From Longimicrobiales bacterium (GTDB lineage Bacteria; Gemmatimonadota; Gemmatimonadetes; Longimicrobiales; Gaopeijiaceae): a stretch of DNA of 64,000 bases. The DNA is taken from NCBI GenBank assembly GCA_965215925.1, contig CBDCEQ010000003.1, positions 288,368 through 352,367 of the forward strand, given 5' to 3'. The translations under genes and the position numbers were made by a program. Shown piece after piece: positions 19,953 to 27,652 of this stretch (positions within the stretch are counted from its first letter, which is position 1; every line of letters starts with the position of its first letter). Below the pieces are notes generated by a model that saw only the letters and a list, made by a program, of their open reading frames with translations, ran no database searches and was not told the origin of the DNA.

Positions 19953-21336
19953 GAGTCAATCCCAAAGTTAGTTGAAACTGGAGCGACCCCCTCGTCAGGC
20001 GACGGCATGTGAACTGCTCTCGGGAAGGGTGATCCCGAGCTCCTTCTGTATCGCGGCCCTGAGGAGCGGGAGGTGCCGGTAGCCGAGCAACCTCCGGAGC
20101 CGGGGCTCGATCTCGAGTAACACGGTCGCGAACCATCGGTGCTTCTGGCTCGAGGTCTTCCAGTGATCCACTCGTCCGCAGCGTTGCTCGGCCATGGCGT
20201 TGACGGATTCGAGTACGTTAGTGGTCTTCAGCGACCGGCCGACCAGAGGGAAGACCCCGAGCCGGTGGAGGGTCAAGGTCTCCTCGAACCCCTCGTTTAG
20301 ACTGGCCACGGCAGACTGGTTCACCTCGCCGAGCTCGTGCTTGAGGGTTTTCAACGCCTGGGCGGCCTCCTTGTACGTGGGCCGTTGATACGCACGTTGG
20401 AGTCGCCGGCGCCAGTTCTTCTGCTCCGCCCTCGGCAGGTGCGAGATCACGTTCTCCCGTTTGTGCCACTGGCACCGTTGGATCAGCACCTGGTCCTTGA
20501 AGGCCGCGAGCACGCCGCTCCGGAGCCCCTTGGCCCCGTCGATCACCACGAGCGCTCCGGCCGACAGATCGAGACCTCGGTCCTTCAGGCCCCTGAGGAA
20601 GGACCGGATCACCACCGCGTTCTCCGTGTCGGTCTGGACGAAGCCGAGGAACACCTTGTCCCCCTCAAGCGTCACGCCGAGCGCCACCACGTCATAGACC
20701 GAGAGGTCCCGCTCCTGAAACTCCTTCAGCCTCGCGGCGGTGGCCTTCTTGAACTCCCGCGAGACCCTCGACTTCGACAGCCCGATCGCTCCGGGCACCG
20801 CCTCGACCGCCGCCTCGTAGTCTCGGCATGAGATCCCGAGCAGCACCTTCCGAAAGAGCCCCTCGTCCACCTCTCCGGCCGAGCCGTGGAGTCGCTCGTA
20901 CGATGCGAGCCTCACCTCTCCGGCCCGGCCCCGCACCCGAGGTACTCGCACCGGATGCCGCTGGCCGCCCAACCTCACCGACCCGGGGTTGTGCCCGTGC
21001 CGGTATCCGCTCTCGTCGTCCCCCTTTCGGGCGTGCCGCCGCCCGGCCAGCTCCTCTACCTCTTCCTCGAGCATCCGGCTCACCTCCGCCAGTCCAAGCG
21101 GAATCAGCTGCCGGATCAGCTCCACTCGCGGGTCCAGCTCCAGCGCCTGGATCTCCTCCCAACTCATCTCGCTCGGTTCCCCAAGCCGCCGGTCCTTCTT
21201 GCCCCGCTCAACCAGCCTCGGCATCCTTCCCATCGGTGGCCTCCTTCCTCTTTTGTTGGTCCCGTGGCGTGCTCGCACACCCACGTTACCTGAGGTCGGA
21301 GGCCGCTCCAGTTTCAACTAACTTTGGGATTGACTC
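19953..21336 (-). mobile_element. IS256-family insertion sequence copy A (1384 bp), 9-bp target duplication GATATCGGG
   Basis: 33-bp perfect terminal inverted repeats GAGTCAATCCCAAAGTTAGTTGAAACTGGAGCG. GATATCGGG occurs at 19944-19952 and 21337-21345. The copy is 48 bp shorter than copy B. Confidence 0.9.
19995..21233 (-). pseudogene. IS256-family (Mutator-type) transposase lacking 16 aa including the predicted first catalytic Asp
   Basis: Identical to the copy-B protein except that VLDGKSFAEDEMVVAL is missing (junction 20678-20690). The probable start MGRMPRL at 21233 is preceded by GGAGG. Confidence 0.8.
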
Positions 21337-21446
21337 GATATCGGGTGTCGTTATTAGATGCATAACTGTGCACACTCCCCGACAGGGCCGGACGGAGCGC
21401 TACTCTAACAGATCAAGTGTCTCTTCTCCACTAGCTTCGCCATCGA

Positions 21447-21965
21447 ATGGATTCGAACGTACCGACGAGAGCCGGACGCTACCAAGAGATCTTCCAGCTC
21501 TCTTGGCCGATCATCGTTGCCAACTCAGCGGTCCCCCTGCTCGGCCTTGCCGACACGGCAGTCATCGGAAACACCGGGACTGCAATAGATCTCGGCGCGA
21601 TCGCCCTCGGCGTGCTTGTCTTCAACTTTCTGTATTGGACTTTCGGTTTTCTCCGTATGGGGACGACAGGGTTAACAGCGCAGGCATCTGGGGCGTGGAC
21701 TCCTTCCCCTCGAGCTAGCACTATGCTCGAGATCCTGAGCGTTCGTATTCCGGGAGCTGAGCTTGTCTCTATTTCTGGAGCGGGGCACCTCGTGAATGTT
21801 GAGCCTCCTGCTCAGTTCAATGAGGCGCTGACGTCTTTCCTTCGGACAGGATCACCAGCCGAGTTTCGGACCGGATCGTCAGCCACTGCGAGCCTGCGTC
21901 CTCCTGATACGCGCCCTTCGTCAGGACGGCCGGAGCCATTGGACGTAGCAACTGCTCGGTGCTAG
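21447..21965 (+). pseudogene. chimeric remnant: MATE efflux transporter N-terminus fused to alpha/beta-hydrolase C-terminus
   Basis: Residues 1-85 (YQEIFQLSWPIIVANSAVPLLGLADTAVIGNTG...FLRMGTTGLTAQASGA) are a MATE N-terminus. From about 21720 the same frame reads IPGAELVSISGAGHLVNVEPPAQFNEALTSFL, an alpha/beta-hydrolase C-terminus. Confidence 0.6.
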
Positions 21966-22316
21966 AAGGCGGTTTACCGGCAGTGACAGGCGAAGGGCAA
22001 TCGGCTCTTCCCCTGAGTCTTCACCCAGCGTTACGAAAACGCTCACCGCATGATAGCAGCCGTGCAGGAAGGAAATCTGCTGCGGTCCTGTCGGCACATT
22101 CCGTAGAATGAAGCTTCCGTCTGCGGCGGTGAGTACACTGACGTCGAGCCTCGCGACGGAAACGCGGGCGCCAACTAGCGGTTCGCCGGTATCACCGTCT
22201 AGGACCTGGCCCAGCACCGATCCTTCCACCTGAGATGTGTGGGCCGCCGACAAGGGAGCGGAGCCTGGGGTGGTTGGGCCAAGGGCGAGAACTAGAGCGA
22301 GCGTAGCGGGTCTCAT
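21921..22316 (-). pseudogene. carboxypeptidase-regulatory-like domain fragment (probable TonB-dependent receptor N-terminus)
   Basis: ATG at 22316 is preceded by AAGGAGG. Signal peptide MRPATLALVLALG.., then VEGSVLGQVLDGDTGEPLVGARVSV...TAADGSFILRNVPTG. No plug or barrel follows. Confidence 0.45.
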
Positions 22317-22422
22317 AGCACTGCCTCCTTTGAATGCGTTCGCACGTTTGCGCTGACCCTCGTTATGTACGACGCGCAGCCCCAAGAGAGTTACACACCC
22401 ACCTAAGGCACGGGATGCAGAA

Positions 22423-22613
22423 ATGACGAGCGACGCGATCCCTGACCCAAAGGAGAAAGCGAAGGCTACCTACGATTCCGCGTCGGACTTTTTCGACCAT
22501 CCGGCGTTTGCGTGAAGAACATTCGGTTCGTCAACGGAGATATGACCGCGCTCCCATGCCCAGACCAGCATTTTGATGCCGTGACGCGCGTGCGGCATCT
22601 TTTTCGTTTCTGA
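22423..22613 (+). pseudogene. class I SAM-dependent methyltransferase remnant (ends only)
   Basis: MTSDAIPDPKEKAKATYDSASDFFDHPAFA-stop, then in the +1 frame KNIRFVNGDMTALPCPDQHFDAVT... The SAM-binding GxGxG core is absent. Confidence 0.4.
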
Positions 22614-22646
22614 CATGGACGGTTGCCAAGCGTGGGTCCTGATCGC

Positions 22647-23045
22647 CTATCTCACGAAAATCTCCATGATCTCCACTGCGGTGTCGCCGCCGTTATGAAA
22701 CCCATGCAGGGTGCCCGAGTCGAAGAAATAGGGATGCCACGGCTGTACGTCTACGGACGGCGCCCCGTCAAGGTTCACCTGCATCGGGCCCGAGATCGGA
22801 ACGAATAGATGGAAGTTGACGTCGTCATGGGTGTGGATGATGCGTGTACCGCCAGGATCCACCACGACGCGTAGGGCGCGCACCTCGGGCTGCTCGCGAA
22901 GGACGGCATTGCTGATCCCAACGTTGCCGTCGCCCCCAAGGGCCCGAAGCGGTGAGGTGCGATCCCCCGTGACCGGTGGGGTCTGTGCAATCAAGACAAC
23001 CGAGAGCATTGTTAGCCCACAGGCCAAAGCGGCGTATTTGAGCAT
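22647..23045 (-). CDS. secreted cupin-domain protein
   Basis: ATG at 23045 is preceded by GGGAGG. Signal peptide MLKYAALACGLTMLSVVLIAQ. Cupin motifs are GGTRIIHTHDD and GTLHGFHNGG. Confidence 0.6.
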   Translation of the reverse strand: MLKYAALACGLTMLSVVLIAQTPPVTGDRTSPLRALGGDGNVGISNAVLREQPEVRALRVVVDPGGTRIIHTHDDVNFHLFVPISGPMQVNLDGAPSVDVQPWHPYFFDSGTLHGFHNGGDTAVEIMEIFVR

Positions 23046-23293
23046 GTTGATTCCTCCCATTCTGGCTGGAAACGCAACTCCGAACACGGGATCAATGTGT
23101 CGAGCGAACCCGGCTTCCGCGAGGCCGAGCGGGTCGCCAGTCTACCGAGGCCCCGGTGATGGTCTTAGCCCAGGCCTGAGGGTTCTGACCGTCTGGCTGT
23201 CTTTCCACCCACCGTTTGCGATCCCACCCCGATGCGACTATATGAGATCGGGACGGAGACGGGTTCGACGAACGCTAGCTCATTGAGAGCAAG

Positions 23294-23590
23294 ATGATTG
23301 CGAACCGCTGGATCTTGGGAGTATGGATCGCCGCCGGAGTGGGGATCTGCGCTCCACTCGGCGCACAAATCAAGGGCGATCAGGATATCACCGGACCCTA
23401 CCAGGTGGTGGAGGACTGGCTCAAGCCGCTGCCCTGGCACGAGGACGGGTTGACCTTTGGCTTGATCACTGCGGTCTATCCCGAAACACCGGACAGGATC
23501 TTCGTGCTTCAGGGAGGCGACTTGCCGGACCCCCGTCCAGCGAGGGCTCCAGGACCGCGCTCCAATGCCAACCACATACCGAACCAGTGA
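23294..23590 (+). pseudogene. N-terminal fragment of a secreted NHL/beta-propeller-type protein, truncated by the IS3 derivative
   Basis: A signal peptide plus about 70 aa resemble the N-terminus of the 33443..34543 protein. The reading frame runs into the IS terminal repeat at 23588. Confidence 0.45.
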
Positions 23591-23981
23591 CCTGCCCCCA
23601 AGAGTGGTACCACCTAGAGTGTTAGTCTAACCGCCTCATTTTGCCTGGGGTGAGGTCCGAGTCACAAGGGCAGGTTGAGCAACTTCGGGTCGGGCTGAAT
23701 GGCTTCAGGAGCGGGCGGTAGATAGCCCAGAGAGCTGTGGGGTCGAACGGTGTTGTATTCGCGCCGCCACTGCTCGATCAGCACCTTAGCCTCCTCCAGT
23801 GAATAGAAGATCTCGCGCCTTAACAGCTCCTGCCTGAACGTTCCGTTGAAGCTCTCATTGTACCCGTTCTCCCAGGGGCTGCCGGGTGCGATGAACAGCG
23901 TCTTCACACCCAACCCTCCAAGCCACTGCCGAACGACTCGGGCCGTGAACTCCGGACCGTTGGTCTCGTTTTAGGGGGTCA
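23588..23981 (-). mobile_element. 394-bp internally deleted derivative of an IS3 element related to element 1 (both terminal repeats retained)
   Basis: One end is TGACCTGCCCCCAAGAGTGGTACCAC at 23588-. The other is the reverse complement of 23962-23981, TGACCCCCTAAAACGAGACC, joined directly to orfB codons NGPEFTARVV...SPWENGYNESFNGTFRQE (ORF 23662..23913). There is no orfA and no target duplication. Confidence 0.8.
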
Positions 23982-24093
23982 GTTCGAACACCCCAACGAC
24001 CCCAACACTCATCAGGAGTGCGTAGATCGATGCATACCCCGCCCGCGAGCGCTGCGTGGCTATCTGTCGGGGGGTCGGCCCAATGAACCGCAT
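23982..24093 (-). pseudogene. 37-codon N-terminal gene fragment truncated by the IS3 derivative
   Basis: ATG at 24093 is preceded by AGGAGG at 5-nt spacing (MRFIGPTPRQIATQRSRAGYASIYALLMSVGVVGVFELT). The frame runs straight into the IS end. Confidence 0.3.
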
Positions 24094-24489
24094 GTCCGCC
24101 TCCTAGGCAGGCACCTCCTACGGAACCTGTCGATTCTGAACCCTAGCCGATACGCAACGTAGAAGCGGGCGCCGAGGGCTGTCAAGCGCAGTTCCACCAA
24201 TCGCTTAGCGTCTATGAGCCCTACACGCGGAAGGTCATGTCACGTTTGGTATTGCGGGGGATTCGTGGCATGACTGTCGCCAGTCCTGGGATCTCCAGCG
24301 GCAGTGCAGCGGCAGAATCCCAGGCGAACACCGTTTCACACAACTACTTCCGGCTCAATCTAGGATCCCAGGCTCGCCCCTTTCGGTTTCGCAGATATTG
24401 CGACTCTGAACTTGTCGGAGAGCACTCCCGAGGCTAGCCTCGCCTAGTTCTTTCGTTGGAGATCGACGCATCCTCTCTGGAGCAGTGAT

Positions 24490-25062
24490 ATGTTCCGCAG
24501 CCTACCCGTCCTTGTCATGACGCTCATCGTGTCTCTTCCAGCGCTAAGCGAGGCGCAGCAAAGCCCCGACACGGCGACAGATATTCTCGCGGAGGACGTT
24601 CAGACCGTGCTCGAGAACATGATTGGCGTGACGATCGACCGTCAGCTCAAGGTCGCTCACATCGGCGGTGGAGATAACGTGGCCGTTGGGATCTTGCACA
24701 GGACGGGAGAGCACGACACGGACGGGCAGCCCCTAGGTTTGGTCCATGCAAACATAGCCGAAGTATATGTCGTGCTATCTGGGTCTGGAACGCTTCTAAC
24801 TGGCGGTGAGCTTTTTAATGAGAGCGAGTTGCTCTTCACCGATGGCGGGGCGTCGGAGGGTGGAGTCGCAGTCGGGCCGAGCTTCAACGCGGAGTCTCGA
24901 GGTGGGTCGATCCGAGACATCGGCGAGGGCGACATCGTCATCATCCCGGCCGGGATGATGCACGCCTGGACCCTGATCCCGGACCATGTGACCTACCTGA
25001 GCGTGCGGGTTGACCCGGATCAAGTCCTACCCACTGGATACGTGAATCCAGAGATCAACTAG
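24490..25062 (+). CDS. secreted cupin-like protein
   Basis: Signal peptide MFRSLPVLVMTLIVSLPALSEAQ. The C-terminal GDIVIIPAGMMHAW motif is cupin-like. Confidence 0.55.
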   Translation: MFRSLPVLVMTLIVSLPALSEAQQSPDTATDILAEDVQTVLENMIGVTIDRQLKVAHIGGGDNVAVGILHRTGEHDTDGQPLGLVHANIAEVYVVLSGSGTLLTGGELFNESELLFTDGGASEGGVAVGPSFNAESRGGSIRDIGEGDIVIIPAGMMHAWTLIPDHVTYLSVRVDPDQVLPTGYVNPEIN

Positions 25063-25104
25063 GTTTCTGCCCGCCATTTCTGGGCCAGGCTTCGGTCGGC
25101 CTGA

Positions 25105-25708
25105 GACTACGTCTGCGTCTGAGGCTCCCTTCAACGTTGCGATTCTGGCAGCGCTTCTCATCGCTATCGGTGCGGTGCTCTCGCTTGTCGCGATCATCAC
25201 GATCTACAGGGAGGGTGGGATTCTCAAACGCCTTAGGGCCACCCCTCTTTCCCCGCTCACGATCCTTGGCGCCCATGTCTTCTTGAAGCTTGTGTTCACG
25301 ATTGTCAGTCTGGGGCTTCTGGTCTTGGCGGGTCGGCAGTTTCTTCCAGGTGGGATTGACGTGAATCTGCCCAGCTTCACGGCGGCGCTCTTGGTGAGCA
25401 CGTTGAGCATCCTGTCATTCGGTTTCGTGATTGCCAGCGTCGTTCCCACGGCCCGGTTCGCCCGGCCAATTGGCGCGGCGCTACTATACCCAATGATCGG
25501 AGTGTCCGGGCTATTCTTTCCGCTCGCACAGCTCCCGGCGCCCGTTCAGATCGTCGCGTATGCGCTTCCCACGACGCATGCAGTGTCTCTCATGGAGGGG
25601 GTTTGGGACGGCTCGGGTTGGGGGGCTCACTGGACGAATGTTGTGGGGTTGGTCCTCGCGTTCGCGGTTTGCACCGGATTGTCGACGAAGGTGTTCCGTT
25701 GGGAATAG
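25105..25708 (+). pseudogene. ABC-2 type transporter permease, 5'-truncated fragment
   Basis: The frame opens only 40 nt after the preceding gene. It contains YREGGILKRLRATPLSP plus downstream TM helices but lacks the N-terminal TM region, and there is no partner ATPase. Confidence 0.5.
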
Positions 25709-25793
25709 CAGGGTGTACATTGCCATCGCCCTCTTGGCGGCCCGTGGCCGGGGACGAGTGAGGCTCGCGGCCAAGACTTACAAGGAGTCCACC

Positions 25794-26714
25794 ATGATCG
25801 TTCCATCCGCCTTCTTCACCGTCGCTTTGGTTCTGGCGCCGATACTCCAGGACCGGCCTGGATTCATCGTCTGGGATTCTTCAGAGCTGGAAGAGCGGAG
25901 CGCTGCCCTCGGCACCATGGTGGGGCCGGACGGTTCCGCCCGAGAGACCCTCGCAGACTACGAGACACCGTCCGGAGGGCATCGCTTCCGCTTCATTCGC
26001 CGAGATTCTGACGGAAGGCCAGAACTGCACGACGCAATCGACGATGTCGTATACATACAAAGCGGAGAGGGGACCCTTCTGGTGGGCGGCGAAATGCTCG
26101 GCCGCACGGGTGACCTCGGTACGTCGATCAACGGTGGTTCGCGTTACCCCGTCGCTGCCGGCGATGTGCTCCGAATCCCAGCCGGGACTCCTCACGCCTA
26201 TTTGGTGCCGGATGGCGGGCACGTTACCTATATGCTTGTACGGGTTCCGGTATTCGTTGGCGAAGTCGTGGAGAACCCGGACGGGATCGCGCCTGATCTG
26301 GACCCGCCAGGACTCGGGATGTGGAGCTCCTTGGAGCTGGAACGGCGGAATGAGGCCCTCGGGACCCGGATCGGTCAGGATGGGTCCTCACGTGAGACTC
26401 TCGCCGACTATGGGCCGGGGGGCCTGTCGCATCGGTTTCGATTCATTCGTCGAGATTCTGACGGAAGGCCTGAGCTGCACGAAGACATCATCGACGTCGT
26501 ATTCATCCAAAGTGGTGAGGGGACGTTGCTTGTGGGCGGAGACATGATCGGGCAGTCGAACCAGGCCGGCTCGGCGATAAACGGGGGGGAGCGGCATCCC
26601 GTGGCCGCCGGCGACCTGCTGCATATTCCGGCCCAAACTCCTCACGGCTATCTGGTGCCTGACGGGGGGCACATTACCTACGTTCTGGTGCGGGTCCCCG
26701 CACTCGAAGGCTAA
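25794..26714 (+). CDS. secreted bicupin (tandemly duplicated cupin-like domain)
   Basis: ATG at 25794 has GGAG 8 nt upstream. Two units of about 132 aa (25860-26255 and 26310-26711) share about 70% identity, including the identical HRFRFIRRDSDGRPELH and SGEGTLLVGG. Confidence 0.65.
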   Translation: MIVPSAFFTVALVLAPILQDRPGFIVWDSSELEERSAALGTMVGPDGSARETLADYETPSGGHRFRFIRRDSDGRPELHDAIDDVVYIQSGEGTLLVGGEMLGRTGDLGTSINGGSRYPVAAGDVLRIPAGTPHAYLVPDGGHVTYMLVRVPVFVGEVVENPDGIAPDLDPPGLGMWSSLELERRNEALGTRIGQDGSSRETLADYGPGGLSHRFRFIRRDSDGRPELHEDIIDVVFIQSGEGTLLVGGDMIGQSNQAGSAINGGERHPVAAGDLLHIPAQTPHGYLVPDGGHITYVLVRVPALEG

Positions 26715-26728
26715 GAGCCGGATAGCAG

Positions 26729-27328
26729 TTGGAGGATGGAGAGGCGTTGGATCCTGCGCTCTCCGAGCGTATCGATGCGCTCTGCGAAGAGGGACGTGAG
26801 TTCTGGGACCGCTTCGACTCGGAATTCCGCCAGGACGCCTGGCACCCCTTCGTAGCCGCCGACTACGGCTGCGTGCGGAGCACGCTGATGTCGCTTCGAG
26901 AGCCCGGTCGCCTGTTCCTCGAGTGGGGCTCAGCGACCGGCGTGATCACGATCATGGCAGATCTGATGGGCTTCGATTCCTGCGGGATCGAGCTCGACGC
27001 GTCGCTGGTGCAGGTGGCGCGGAGCCTTGCCGCGCGCTCGGGCTCGAAGGCTCGTTTTGCTGCCGGGAGCTTCATCCCCATGGGATGGGAGTGGAGGCCC
27101 CGAGTTGGCGACGGGCGCATGGGGACGATCGGTGAGGGCCCGTCCGGCTACATTCAACTCGGGCGTCCGCTGTCGGACTTCAGTGTCGTATACGCGTTTC
27201 CGTGGACGGGCGAGGAGCCGATGATGATCGACCTCATGCGTTGCCATGGACATGAGGATGCCCTTCTGATTCTACACGCAGCGGAATGGGGGGTGCGGAT
27301 CTACCGCCGCGGGCGGCTCGTGACGTGA
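26729..27328 (+). CDS. SAM-dependent methyltransferase-like protein
   Basis: LEWGSATGVITIMADLMGFDSCGIELD resembles methyltransferase motifs I and II. 199 aa. Confidence 0.45.
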   Translation: MEDGEALDPALSERIDALCEEGREFWDRFDSEFRQDAWHPFVAADYGCVRSTLMSLREPGRLFLEWGSATGVITIMADLMGFDSCGIELDASLVQVARSLAARSGSKARFAAGSFIPMGWEWRPRVGDGRMGTIGEGPSGYIQLGRPLSDFSVVYAFPWTGEEPMMIDLMRCHGHEDALLILHAAEWGVRIYRRGRLVT

Positions 27329-27350
27329 GTGCTCACGGTTCGGATCGGTG

Positions 27351-27608
27351 TTACCGAATCCCAACATCTTCTCGCGCGGTGTCATTCTTCAACACCATTT
27401 GCTCGTAGACCAGCCTCAAAGTTAGGGCGATCTCAAACATCAGTAGAACGAGGGCCCAGTCCAGCAATTGGCGCGGAAACACGGTGAGAACAGGTATACT
27501 CTGCCCGAACAGATTGAGGACTTTCTCGAGCATGGCTACGACGAAAACGAAAAATGCCGGCCCCAGAAACACTGGAGCATGGGACAGTGGGGGTGTCGAA
27601 CGTGCCAT
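27351..27608 (-). CDS. small membrane protein (hypothetical)
   Basis: 85-aa ORF with two hydrophobic helices. Confidence 0.35.
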   Translation of the reverse strand: MARSTPPLSHAPVFLGPAFFVFVVAMLEKVLNLFGQSIPVLTVFPRQLLDWALVLLMFEIALTLRLVYEQMVLKNDTAREDVGIR

Positions 27609-27652
27609 TCGGAGCCTCCTATCGGATCGACTAAGTGTGGACTAGCAGGACG

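Noticed and set aside
25560-25793. The upstream extension of the bicupin ORF (25560..26714) and similar extensions (34540, 54624, 53827, 36578).
   Set aside because: The extensions overlap neighbouring genes and are Arg-rich. Internal starts with SD motifs, followed by signal peptides or conserved N-termini (for example FabH MPNTEFISTGFYVP), fit better.
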